A stretch of DNA of 64,000 nt from Paracoccaceae bacterium (GCA_049116435.1 JAGDYX010000001.1:2584689-2648688); one strand, 5' to 3'. Counted from the stretch's first letter, positions 28,098 to 37,424 are shown. Notes: generated by a model not told the origin, from the sequence alone. Numbers and translations: made by a program.

Positions 28098-28705
28098 TAG
28101 CCTGACCGCCTCTTGTTGGCGGTTTTTTTCTTTGCTTTTGGAGCAGGCAGCGGGACCTCAGGATCATGCGCGATAGCCGGTTTTTTCTCCGCCTGTGTGC
28201 GATTAGGCTTTCCCGTGTCGACGTGACCAACGATGGCCTGCCCGCCGGCTTCGACATTCACATGTTCGACCGTAACCTTCTGCTGCCCCTTGCCACGATG
28301 CTTGTTCAAAGTGGCTAGCTGCTGGGTGTAAAGCGCCATCAATTTGTGCGCGTGTTTGAGCGCCAGGTCGCGCCCTGCAAATGTTTGGTTGGGAAGCGCC
28401 GCGCGCCGCAGGTATTCCAAGGCCGCATGATGCGTCCCGACCATTTGCATCGCCAACATCCCCTCGGCGCCATCAGCTGGCGCGAGGCTTTCATAGAGAT
28501 CGAGCGCGCGCACCAGTCGCTCATAGATCTCCGTTTCGCTTGCACCCTCGGGACGCCAGAGCAGTTGTTCAATTTCTTTGATTTTGCGGCTTAAAAGCGC
28601 GTTGCCGTCAACGCCACTTGCCCTGGCTACATCTACTGCCGAAGGCATTTCGTGACTTGCGTCTGCCATCTTCGTCAATCGCACTTCAGACGATTTCTCT
28701 GTCAT
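28097..28705 (-). CDS. hypothetical protein, upstream partner of the HGGxSTG gene
   Basis: 202 aa with a helical core and a Lys-rich tail (PAPKAKKKTANKRRSG). Its stop overlaps the downstream start (TAATG). The start could instead be the ATG at 28669. Confidence 0.55.
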   Translation of the reverse strand: MTEKSSEVRLTKMADASHEMPSAVDVARASGVDGNALLSRKIKEIEQLLWRPEGASETEIYERLVRALDLYESLAPADGAEGMLAMQMVGTHHAALEYLRRAALPNQTFAGRDLALKHAHKLMALYTQQLATLNKHRGKGQQKVTVEHVNVEAGGQAIVGHVDTGKPNRTQAEKKPAIAHDPEVPLPAPKAKKKTANKRRSG

Positions 28706-28824
28706 ACTGCTCCGACATTTTCTCTTAACCTGTGGTCGGCACTCTAACAGATCCCGAACAAAATTTTGAGGGTGGAAACTTAGCTAATCTCTTCTGTGCA
28801 GAGGGTTGTTTTAAAATTTTTTAA

Positions 28825-29115
28825 TTAAGCTCCCCCTCCCCTACTCAAATCTCCGATAATGCTAGGCCGAAAGCTAACCTTGAGAAAATCAAACGCGCAT
28901 ACAAAGTGTGAAGCAAAGTTCGGGCTGAAATAATCCGCCAGACCCTTACGCTGCGTCTCGGTTGTGGCGTTGAGCAGCCACATCAGCATGAAAAAGGCCA
29001 TCATCGCCGTGACGAAATCGGCATAGGCCACTTTCCACGCACCGCCATGGTGCCCGGCCTCATTGACGACCTTCTTGCGCCGGATGAGGATCGGGCGCTC
29101 AGCTGTTTCAGACAT
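28825..29115 (-). pseudogene. motB: flagellar motor protein MotB, N-terminal ~65 codons only
   Basis: HHGGAWKVAYADFVTAMMAFFMLMWLLNATTETQRKGLADYFSPN is the conserved MotB plug/TM region. Similarity ends near 28919 and the frame runs into AT-rich sequence. There is no OmpA-like domain. Confidence 0.7.
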
Positions 29116-29216
29116 GTTCAGACCCCTCGGATACGGGAATATCCCTAGGGAACCGTTGTGAACGGTGTCTTAACAGATAAAATCAGAGCGGCTTTTATCC
29201 CCGCAGAGCGCGCCTG

Positions 29217-30176
29217 TTACAGCAAGTCACCCGGGGTTTTTCCGGCGAAGAAAGCGTCGAGATTGTCGAGCGCACGGAAGCCCATCGCATCGCGTGTCCT
29301 GACCGTCGCACTGCCGATATGGGGCAGCATGAAGACATTGTCATAGCCGGCCAGTGCGGGGTTGCCGCCCGGCTCAACTTTGAAGCAATCCAGACCGGCC
29401 GCGGACAGCTTGCCACTGTCGAGCGCCGCCATCAGGGCATCCTCATCCACCAGCGCGCCGCGCGCGGTGTTGACCAGAACAGCCCCGTCCGGCAGTAGCG
29501 CGAAACGCTCCGCATTCATCAGGTCCGTGGTCTCGGGCGTGGCCGGGCAGTGCAGCGACAGGAAGTCGGCGACGCCCAGAAGGCTCTCGACCGTGTCGTG
29601 ATACTGTGCGCCATGGGCCTTGTCGGCCGACAGTTCGGAACGGTTGTAGTAATGGACTTCCATGTCGAAGCCGCGCGCCTTGGCCGCGAAGGCCTGACCG
29701 ACGCGGCCCATGCCGATGATGCCCAGACGGGCGCCGGTGACCTGCTTGCCCACCATGAAGGCCGGGCTCCAGAAATCCCACGATCCGGTGCGCACGATCC
29801 GGTCGCCCGCGACCGCATTGCGGGCTGCGCCCAGCATCAGCAGCATGGCGATCTCGGCAGTGGCGTCCGACAGCACGTCCGGCGTGTTGGTGACGGCAAT
29901 GCCGCGGGTGCGCAGCGCCTCGATGTCGCAGTGATCCACGCCGACCGAATGGTTCGCGATGATCTTCAGGCGCGGGTCAAGCCGTGCGGCGACCTCGGCG
30001 CTGAAATGCTCGGAGTGGCAGGGGATGATCGCATCCACCTTGGCGCTCATCGCAACAAGATCATCGGCGCTGCTCAGCGTGTCCTCGTGATTGATGATGA
30101 CATCATAATCACGGGCCGCCCGCTCAAGCGTTGCGTCCGACAGACGGCGGGAAATCCAGACGACAGGTTTCGACAT
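29217..30176 (-). CDS. D-2-hydroxyacid dehydrogenase (glyoxylate/hydroxypyruvate reductase-like)
   Basis: Start at MSKPVVWIS. NAD motif GIIGMGRVGQAFA. Catalytic region ARGALVDE...LPHIGSAT. Confidence 0.85.
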   Translation of the reverse strand: MSKPVVWISRRLSDATLERAARDYDVIINHEDTLSSADDLVAMSAKVDAIIPCHSEHFSAEVAARLDPRLKIIANHSVGVDHCDIEALRTRGIAVTNTPDVLSDATAEIAMLLMLGAARNAVAGDRIVRTGSWDFWSPAFMVGKQVTGARLGIIGMGRVGQAFAAKARGFDMEVHYYNRSELSADKAHGAQYHDTVESLLGVADFLSLHCPATPETTDLMNAERFALLPDGAVLVNTARGALVDEDALMAALDSGKLSAAGLDCFKVEPGGNPALAGYDNVFMLPHIGSATVRTRDAMGFRALDNLDAFFAGKTPGDLL

Positions 30177-30379
30177 TACTTTTTCTTCCGGACGCATTCA
30201 TCCCAGAAATCATAGACCGCCATGCCCAGAACGACGATCGCGATGATCATGAACGGCAGGCCGCCGCTAAAGCCGGCGAAACCGGTGGAGATCGAGTGCG
30301 ACAGGCCCAGCACGAAGATCATCAGAACGGCCGTGCCGATCAACCCGACGGTGATTTTCATTCCATAAGAAAGCTTCAT
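30176..30379 (-). CDS. small two-TM membrane protein (67 aa)
   Basis: MKLSYGMKITVGLIGTAVLMIFVLGL...LPFMIIAIVVLGMAVYDFW. Overlaps the dehydrogenase start by 1 nt (TAATG). Confidence 0.5.
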   Translation of the reverse strand: MKLSYGMKITVGLIGTAVLMIFVLGLSHSISTGFAGFSGGLPFMIIAIVVLGMAVYDFWDECVRKKK

Positions 30380-30392
30380 CTTCTTCTCCTTC

Positions 30393-31727
30393 TCAGGCAG
30401 CGGCCTGGATTTCTTTCTCAAGCCAGGCCGCGGTGCGCAGCAGGCGGTCATCTTCTTCCTGACCGGCAATGAGCTGGACGCCGATCGGCAGTCCGGTCTC
30501 ACCCACCAGCAGGGGCAGTGTCACGCAGGGCAGGCCTGCTAGCGTCCAGATCGTCGAGAAAATCGGATCGCCCGTGCCATCACCGAACCGCGGCGCCTCT
30601 CCCGGGGCGGCGGGGGCGATGATAGCATCGAAATCGTTGAAAAGGTCAGTAAAAAACAGATCTGCCGATGTCTTGACGTTCACCGCATCCTCGTATTGCG
30701 CGTCCGTGATGGCGCGGCCGCGCTCGATCACGGGCTGCAGCGTGGGGCTGATGCGCTCCCAGTGATCCTCGAACACATCGGCAAGGTGATGCACGATCTC
30801 GTATTCGTGGATGATGCGCTGAACCTCCACCAGATCGGAGAGGTTGGGGGACGCCTCGCTCCGCTCGACCCGCGCGCCAAGGATATCGGTGACGGCGGCA
30901 AGACCCTCGGCCGCGTCCTCGGACAGGCGGTCGTTATAGGGCATGTCGAACCACAGCAAGGACGGCTCGACCGGCGCCTCTGCGCGGGCACCGGCCAGCA
31001 TGGCCGGACGCGGGCGCGGATAGGACAGCGTATCGGTCGGGTCGTAGCCCGCGATCACATCGGTCAGGAGTGCCACGTCTTCGAGCGTGCGCCCGAAACA
31101 GCCCACCTGATCGAGCGAGATCGAGGTCTGCAACAGCCCGCGCCGCGAGATCACGCCGCGCGTCGGCTTGAAACCGTAGGTGCCGCAGAACGACGCCGGC
31201 CGGATCACCGAGCCATTGGTCTGGGTGCCCACGGCAAGCGGCACACCAAGGGCGGCCACGGTTGCGGCAGAGCCGCTGGAGGAGCCGCCGGGCGAGTGCT
31301 CGGGATTGTGGGGGTTGCGGGTCTCATTGGCATGCACGAAGGCAAACTCGGTCGTGACCGTCTTGCCCATGATCACGGCACCCGCATCGATCAGACGCTC
31401 GACAAGGGCGGCGTCGGCCTCGGGCTGGCGCCCCTTGCAGATGGGCGTGCCGCGCTCGGTCGGCATGTCCTTGGTGTCGATGATGTCCTTGAGCGCCACC
31501 GGCACCCCGTGCAGGGCGCCGACAGGCTTGCCGGACTTGCGGATCCGGTCGGCCTCTTCGGCCTGCGCCAGAGCCTTCTCCTCGTCGAGGCAGGCCCAGG
31601 CTTTGAGGGCTTCCTCGGTCTCGGAGATCCGTTTCAGGCAGCTCTTGACCAGATCGACCGAACTGAGACGCCCCTCGCGAATGCGAAGGGCGGCTTCAGT
31701 TGCCGAAAGCGTGTGCGGATCGGCCAT
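30393..31727 (-). CDS. amidase-signature family amidase
   Basis: Start at MADPHTLS. Amidase-signature (AS) motif GGSSSGSAATVA, with upstream KD and TE elements. Confidence 0.85.
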   Translation of the reverse strand: MADPHTLSATEAALRIREGRLSSVDLVKSCLKRISETEEALKAWACLDEEKALAQAEEADRIRKSGKPVGALHGVPVALKDIIDTKDMPTERGTPICKGRQPEADAALVERLIDAGAVIMGKTVTTEFAFVHANETRNPHNPEHSPGGSSSGSAATVAALGVPLAVGTQTNGSVIRPASFCGTYGFKPTRGVISRRGLLQTSISLDQVGCFGRTLEDVALLTDVIAGYDPTDTLSYPRPRPAMLAGARAEAPVEPSLLWFDMPYNDRLSEDAAEGLAAVTDILGARVERSEASPNLSDLVEVQRIIHEYEIVHHLADVFEDHWERISPTLQPVIERGRAITDAQYEDAVNVKTSADLFFTDLFNDFDAIIAPAAPGEAPRFGDGTGDPIFSTIWTLAGLPCVTLPLLVGETGLPIGVQLIAGQEEDDRLLRTAAWLEKEIQAAA

Positions 31728-33091
31728 TAGGGAACGTACACACCGAACAGGTAGTCCGGGAACCACAGCGCAATGCCGGGGAACTGGTACATCATCACCA
31801 TCAGGAAGATCACGATCGCCAGATAGGGCATCAGGCCACGGAAGATCTCCATGAGTTCGATCTGCTTCTTCAACACCCCTTTCAGGTAGTAGGCCGACAT
31901 CGCCATTGGCGGGGTCAGGAACGAGGTCTGCAGGTTCAGGGCAACCAGCATCGCGAAGAAGTAGGGGTTGACGCCGAAGGTATCGAGCATCGGCAGGAAG
32001 ATCGGCACGAAGATGATCAGGATTTCAGACCATTCCAGCGGCCAGCCCAGCACGAAGATGATCAGCTGCGCCAGAACGAGGAACTGCCAAGGCTCCAGGT
32101 TCATACCCACGACCCAGTGTTCGATCACGTCGTGACCACCGAGGTAGGAGAACACCGAGGCAAAGGTCCACGAGCCCACGAAGAGCCAGCACACCATGGC
32201 CGTGGCCTTCGCGGTCAGGAACACGCTTTCCTTGATCTTGGTCCATGTCAGCGAGCGGTAGAGCGCTGCGAGCACGATGCCACCAAGGGCACCCATCGCG
32301 GCGGCTTCCGCCGGTGTCGCCAGACCGCCGAGGATCGAGCCAAGAACCAGCATGATCAGGACCGTCAGCGGCACGAAGGAGATCAGCAGGTCGGTGTAGA
32401 TCTTCCGACGCGGCGGGATGTCCTCAAGCATGGGCTTGGGCGCCAGCGACGGGTTAATCTTCACGCGGATCATCACGTAGACGATGTAGAGACCCGCCAG
32501 CATGACACCCGGGAACACCGCGGCCGCGTAAAGGCGCAGCGGCGAAAGCTCGGCGATGGCGGCATAGACGATCAGCATGATCGAGGGCGGGATCAGGATG
32601 CCCAGCGTACCACCGGCGCAGATCACGCCCGAGGCGAAGCTCTTGTTATAGTTCGCGTTGGCCATGGCCGGATAGGCCAGCAGGCCCATCAGGGTCACAA
32701 CCGCGCCCACGATGCCCGAGGCGGTGGAGAACACCGCACAGGTCAGAAGCGCCGCGATGGCGAGCGAGCCGGGCAGGTTCCGCGCCGCCATGTAAAGCGA
32801 GAAGAACAGCCGGTCGACGATGTTTGCACGTTCCACCACGTAGCCCATGAACAGGAATAGCGGGATCGCGACGAGCGTGTCGTTCTCCATCACCGAGTAG
32901 GTGTTCTGGTTGAGCAGGTAGAAAATGTTGTTGTCGAAAATCCCTGCGAAACTCTCAGGGGCGCCCTGATAGTAGGCGTAGTAGCCAAAGGCTACGCCCA
33001 TTGCGAGCAGGGTAAAGGCGATAGGGAATCCAAGCAGCACCAAGAAGATGAACAGGCACAGCATCAGGATTGCGATTTCGGGGTTTGTCAT
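31727..33091 (-). CDS. TRAP transporter large permease (DctM family)
   Basis: 454 aa, polytopic, typical DctM sequence. Its stop overlaps the amidase start. Confidence 0.9.
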   Translation of the reverse strand: MTNPEIAILMLCLFIFLVLLGFPIAFTLLAMGVAFGYYAYYQGAPESFAGIFDNNIFYLLNQNTYSVMENDTLVAIPLFLFMGYVVERANIVDRLFFSLYMAARNLPGSLAIAALLTCAVFSTASGIVGAVVTLMGLLAYPAMANANYNKSFASGVICAGGTLGILIPPSIMLIVYAAIAELSPLRLYAAAVFPGVMLAGLYIVYVMIRVKINPSLAPKPMLEDIPPRRKIYTDLLISFVPLTVLIMLVLGSILGGLATPAEAAAMGALGGIVLAALYRSLTWTKIKESVFLTAKATAMVCWLFVGSWTFASVFSYLGGHDVIEHWVVGMNLEPWQFLVLAQLIIFVLGWPLEWSEILIIFVPIFLPMLDTFGVNPYFFAMLVALNLQTSFLTPPMAMSAYYLKGVLKKQIELMEIFRGLMPYLAIVIFLMVMMYQFPGIALWFPDYLFGVYVP

Positions 33092-33121
33092 CGATTTATC
33101 TTTCTGAAAGAACTATGCGGA

Positions 33122-33715
33122 TTAGCGATCTTCGGGCGCGATGGTCGGAATGCCATCCTCGTCCATGTGCATCAGCATGTCTTCGGTCTCATGAACGTCA
33201 TCGAGACGCTCCATCCAGACACCCGTTTTCATGGCGCGCCAGCAGCGCATCAACTCGGCAACACCTTGCAACATAAGCAGGAAACCGGCCACGGGGATGA
33301 GGGTCTTGAAGAAGTAAATCTGGATACGGGCGGGGCTGTTCCAGCTGACTTCCTTGTAGCGCCAGCTGTCAGAGGCGATCTCCCAGCCGTACCAGAAGAG
33401 GGCCATCATGCCGGGGAAGAAGAACAGAAGATACAGCGTAAAGTCGACGCGGGCTTGCCAGCGGACCGGGAAAAGACGGTAAACAACGTCGCCGCGCACA
33501 TGCGTGTCCTGCGCCAGCGCGTAGGGGCCTGCCATCAGGAACAGGGCGCCATACATCTGAACCATCATGTCGAAGGCCCAGACAGTTGGGGCGTTCAGGA
33601 CGTAGCGAACGAACACCTCATAGGAAACGGAGAGAGTCAGGATCAGGATACACCACCCAAAGGCGCGTCCAACCCAGATGCTCAGTCCCTCAATGCTATA
33701 GATGAATTTGGTCAC
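33122..33715 (-). CDS. TRAP transporter small permease (DctQ family)
   Basis: 197 aa with four TM segments, positioned between the DctP and DctM genes. Confidence 0.8.
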   Translation of the reverse strand: MTKFIYSIEGLSIWVGRAFGWCILILTLSVSYEVFVRYVLNAPTVWAFDMMVQMYGALFLMAGPYALAQDTHVRGDVVYRLFPVRWQARVDFTLYLLFFFPGMMALFWYGWEIASDSWRYKEVSWNSPARIQIYFFKTLIPVAGFLLMLQGVAELMRCWRAMKTGVWMERLDDVHETEDMLMHMDEDGIPTIAPEDR

Positions 33716-33795
33716 GGTTGTATTCCCACGAGGTTCTAGATGTACTGAGGGCCGATCACTCGGCCCTCAGAAGTTTCGGTTTATGGTGATTTAAC

Positions 33796-34890
33796 TCAAC
33801 CGAAGTAGTGGTTGTATGCCAGCTTGTAGTCAGGCTGGTTCAGGTTGAGGTAGTTCATCACGTTCTTTGCATAGGCCTTCTGCGAGTCGATCACCTTCGC
33901 GAAGAACGCGTCTTCAGCGGCGATACGGTCCACAACGATGTCCCAGGCTTTCAGCTGTTCAGCCATCACGCTGTCAGGCGTGCGGTAAACGTTGACGCCC
34001 TGCTCGTCGCGCAGCGTGGCGAGGTCGTCAGCATAACGCTTGGTGTTGTGCCAGTAGAAGTTGGAGTTCTCAGCTTCCGACGCGTGGCGCAGGATCGCCT
34101 GGTGCTCGGCCGGCAGGGAGTCGAACTTCTTCTTGTTGAAGCTGATCTCGAAGAATTCCTGCGACTGGTGGAACGAGGCCAGGTGGTAGTGCTTGGACAC
34201 GTCCTGCATACCGAAGTCACGGTCGGAGGTCGGGTTGTTGAACTCGGCCGCGTCGATCAGGCCGGACTTCATGGCCGGCTGGATTTCACCGCCGGGCAGC
34301 TGAACAACGGACATACCCATTTCCAGCAGAACGTCGGCAGCCAGACCAACGGTCCGGTACTTCAGGCCGTTCATCTGGGATGCGTCCTTGATCTCTTCCT
34401 TGAACCAGCCCATCGGCTGAGCAGGCATCGGAGAGTTGAAGAAGGAGACAACGTTCAGGCCGAGCGAAGCCATCAGTTCGTCAAACAGCTCCTGACCGCC
34501 ACCGTAGTGGACCCAGCCCAGAACTTCCTGCGAGGACCAGCCGAAGCACGGGCCGGTGCCGAACAGCGAAGCTGCTTTGGACTTGGAGTACCAGTAAGCC
34601 GGCACGTAGTGACAGCCGTCGAGAACACCGCGGTGCACAGCGTCCTGCATCTGCGACGTCTTAACAACGGCGTTCACGGCCAGCAGGTCGATCTGCAGAT
34701 CCTTGCCTGCCATGGCGTGGACACGGTCGACGTAAGCCTGAGCGTTTTCAAGGAAAATACCGCCGCCCCAGGCAGCTTGTACTTTCAGGGTTGTGCCGTG
34801 GCCCTCGGCGATTGCCGGTGCTGCCAGAGAAGCGGCGCCTACTGCTGCGGAGCCGCGCAGGAAATTCCTGCGGTTTACATTCTTTTTCAT
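33796..34890 (-). CDS. TRAP transporter substrate-binding protein (DctP family) with Tat-type signal
   Basis: MKKNVNRRNFLRGSAAVGAASLAAPAIA. GGGAGGAAAT RBS. Confidence 0.88.
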   Translation of the reverse strand: MKKNVNRRNFLRGSAAVGAASLAAPAIAEGHGTTLKVQAAWGGGIFLENAQAYVDRVHAMAGKDLQIDLLAVNAVVKTSQMQDAVHRGVLDGCHYVPAYWYSKSKAASLFGTGPCFGWSSQEVLGWVHYGGGQELFDELMASLGLNVVSFFNSPMPAQPMGWFKEEIKDASQMNGLKYRTVGLAADVLLEMGMSVVQLPGGEIQPAMKSGLIDAAEFNNPTSDRDFGMQDVSKHYHLASFHQSQEFFEISFNKKKFDSLPAEHQAILRHASEAENSNFYWHNTKRYADDLATLRDEQGVNVYRTPDSVMAEQLKAWDIVVDRIAAEDAFFAKVIDSQKAYAKNVMNYLNLNQPDYKLAYNHYFG

Positions 34891-34908
34891 ATTTCCTCCC
34901 AGAACATG

Positions 34909-34924
34909 CCGCAGGAACCTGCGG
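34909..34924. promoter_or_regulatory. palindrome CCGCAGG-AA-CCTGCGG just upstream of the TRAP operon RBS
   Basis: 7-bp perfect arms, 18-34 nt upstream of the dctP-like ATG. Could be an operator or a 5' UTR hairpin. Confidence 0.3.
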
Positions 34925-35578
34925 AAATTGGTTTACAAGGTCTGTAGATATACCTTGCTGACTGGGGTCATGCCAAAATTCCCCACTGGTCGCAAGCCAA
35001 TATTGGGGAAGAAAACTTACCAATCTGGCCTAGTACGACTTTCCAGCGCGCGCCAATCCCTTCATTTGCGGGGCTGTAACGGGCCGCCCGCCCCACGGTC
35101 TGGACCCGGAAAATCGGGAATCTCGCCCAAAAACTCGACGGTTAGACCAAGCGCCCCGCAACGAGAGGTCTGGTCAAAGCCGCCCGGCAAGCGCCGCCGC
35201 GCCCTCGCCTCCCATATCGGGCGATCACTCGATTTTGTTGCCGGACAGGGGCCAAGACCGGTCACGCGTCCCGTCAATCAGGCGTTGCGACAGGCACTTG
35301 GCACTAGGATTCTTGGATAAACCAAGCCGATTCAGCGCCTCAAGTGCCACGATGCGGCTTTCGGGGTTCATCTTCCGGTGCATTGGAGGACATCCATGGA
35401 CGATCTCTCAGAGACCCTCGTGGCCGCCCGCACCCGACTGAGTTCAGAAATGTCGCGCTCCAGCATGTTCAAGAGGTGCAACACAGCATCTGCGGTCTCG
35501 ATAAGCGCAACCGGCCCAGCGCCGGCGGCGGCGTTTGCCAGAGATCGATTCGGCCTCCGTAAGGCTCCGGCAGCACCC

Positions 35579-36289
35579 CTAGGGCTCGCCCAGCGTCAAC
35601 GTGACCTTGTCCCCGGCAAACCACGTATGGCCGAACTCCACCGGATCTCCGTCGGCATCCACGTTGATCGCGACCGTCCGCAGGATCGGCGCGCCTTCCG
35701 CAACCTGCAGATGCAGCGCTTGCGTGGCCGAGGCGCGCTTGGCCGTCAGGCGGGTCGAGGCGCGCGTGTAGTCGGCCAGCCCGCACTCTGCCAGCGCCTG
35801 TGTCACCGATTTGCGGACCGCAAGCTGTGTGACCAGATCGGGGAACCGTGCGGCGGAAAAGACGCTGCGAAACACCGCGATCGGCTGGCCATCGGCGAGC
35901 GACAGGCCTTCATAGGCATGCACCTGTTCACCCGCGCCGAGCCTCAGCGCCTCCGCTTCGTCCGGATTCGGGCTGCGGGTCTCGAGCGACAGGATCTCCT
36001 TGGCCGGCATCCGTCCGGCCGCGCGCAGGTTCTGGTGAAACCGCACCCGCCGTCCGATCGGATAATCGGTCGGCACCGCGGTGACGAACACGCCCGCACC
36101 CCGCCGCGCATGGACCAGCCCGTCCGCAGCCATCTGGGCAAGAGCCCGCCGCACCGTATGACGGTTCACCCCGAACCGCGCGGAGAGCTTGGCCTCGGTC
36201 GGCAGCTTGTCTCCGGGGCTGTACTGGTCCGACGCGATCTCGGCCTTCAGGGTGTCGGCGATGGATCTCCAGATCGGGGTGCGCGCCAT
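35579..36289 (-). CDS. phnF: phosphonate metabolism transcriptional regulator PhnF (GntR/HutC family)
   Basis: wHTH (KLPTEAKLSARFGVNRHTVRRAL) plus a UTRA domain. Divergent from phnG. Confidence 0.88.
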   Translation of the reverse strand: MARTPIWRSIADTLKAEIASDQYSPGDKLPTEAKLSARFGVNRHTVRRALAQMAADGLVHARRGAGVFVTAVPTDYPIGRRVRFHQNLRAAGRMPAKEILSLETRSPNPDEAEALRLGAGEQVHAYEGLSLADGQPIAVFRSVFSAARFPDLVTQLAVRKSVTQALAECGLADYTRASTRLTAKRASATQALHLQVAEGAPILRTVAINVDADGDPVEFGHTWFAGDKVTLTLGEP

Positions 36290-36343
36290 GTCAGGGGCCT
36301 TTTCCTAGATTCCTGTTGAGAATTCGCCGCTGGTTCGTGTAGT

Positions 36344-36375
36344 ATTTGTCTAGTTGTATATATTAGTAGACAAAT
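36344..36375. promoter_or_regulatory. candidate PhnF operator: ATTTGTCTA-N14-TAGACAAAT
   Basis: Perfect 9-bp inverted repeat in the phnF-phnG intergenic region. A third TGTCTA sits at 36384-36389, directly before the phnG ATG. Confidence 0.5.
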
Positions 36376-36390
36376 CCGCAAGGTGTCTAG

Positions 36391-36846
36391 ATGAGCAATT
36401 CCGCGCCGGAAGATCAGTCGCGAAAGCACTGGATGGGTGTTCTGGCCAAAGCCCCTGCGCCAGCGCTCGAGGCCCGCTGGGACGCGTTCGGGCAGACCCC
36501 GGCCTACACGTGGCTGCGCAGCCCCGAGGTGGGCAGCGTCATGGTGCAGGGCCGTGCGGGCGGCACCGGCACGCCCTTCAATCTTGGCGAGATGACGGTG
36601 ACCCGCTGCGCGCTGCAACTCGAGGGCGGCGCGGTGGGCCATGCCTGTGTTCAGGGCCGCAACAAGACCAAGGCCACACAGGCCGCACTGATCGATGCGC
36701 TCATGCAGACAGACGCGGCCCCCGCGCTGCGCGACGCGGTGATCGTGCCGCTGGAGGAGGTGCTTGCGCAGGCCCGCGCGACCCGCGCCGGCAAGGCCGC
36801 TGCCACCAAGGTGGATTTCTTCACGATGGTGCGGGGCGAAGACTGA
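36391..36846 (+). CDS. phnG: C-P lyase core complex subunit PhnG
   Basis: 151 aa. Position and sequence are typical of PhnG (KATQAALIDALMQ, VDFFTMVRGE). Confidence 0.88.
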   Translation: MSNSAPEDQSRKHWMGVLAKAPAPALEARWDAFGQTPAYTWLRSPEVGSVMVQGRAGGTGTPFNLGEMTVTRCALQLEGGAVGHACVQGRNKTKATQAALIDALMQTDAAPALRDAVIVPLEEVLAQARATRAGKAAATKVDFFTMVRGED

Positions 36847-37424
36847 TGGACAGCGCAGCCCTGCAAGGCGGGTTCACCGACACGCCGGTCGATGCGGCCC
36901 GCGCCTTTCGCGCCGCGATGCGGGTCATGGCCTGCCCCGGCCAGATCCGGACCCTGACCGGCGCGGCACCACCCGCGCCGCTTTCCGTTGCTGCCGGCAC
37001 ATTGGTGCTCACCCTGTGCGACCCGCAAACGCCGATCCATCTGGCCGGTGCCCATGACACACAGCCGGTGCGCGACTGGATCACCTTTCACAGCGGCGCG
37101 CCCTTTGCGCCCCGCACCGAGGCGCAGTTCGCCATCGGCACATGGCAGGCCCTCGCCCCGCTTCACGACTACCCGGTCGGAACGCCGGACTACCCCGACC
37201 GCTCCGCCACGCTTGTTATCGAGCAGGACGCTCTGGAGCCTGAAGGCGCCCTCCTCTCGGGCCCCGGCATCGGCGACACGGCCGCCCTCAACCTACCCCG
37301 GACGGAGGCATTCGAGGCCAACAGCCGGCTGTTCCCGCTCGGGCTCGATTTCTTTCTCACCTGCGGGGACCGCGTCGCGGCCCTGCCCCGCACAACGAAG
37401 GTCTCGCCATGTATGTCGCGGTAA
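36846..37424 (+). CDS. phnH: C-P lyase subunit PhnH
   Basis: Starts at the ATG overlapping the phnG stop (TGATG). Sequence MDSAALQGGFTDTPVDAARAFRAAMRVMACPG. Confidence 0.85.
   Translation: MDSAALQGGFTDTPVDAARAFRAAMRVMACPGQIRTLTGAAPPAPLSVAAGTLVLTLCDPQTPIHLAGAHDTQPVRDWITFHSGAPFAPRTEAQFAIGTWQALAPLHDYPVGTPDYPDRSATLVIEQDALEPEGALLSGPGIGDTAALNLPRTEAFEANSRLFPLGLDFFLTCGDRVAALPRTTKVSPCMSR

Noticed and set aside
35200-35470. Two short minus-strand ORFs in the TRAP-phnF gap, from my own translation: a 48-aa MNPESRIVALEALNRLGLSKNPSAKCLSQRL... and a 32-aa MLERDISELSRVRAATRV...
   Set aside because: They are too short and have no clear family match or RBS. They may be relics of a regulator gene, but I cannot support a call.
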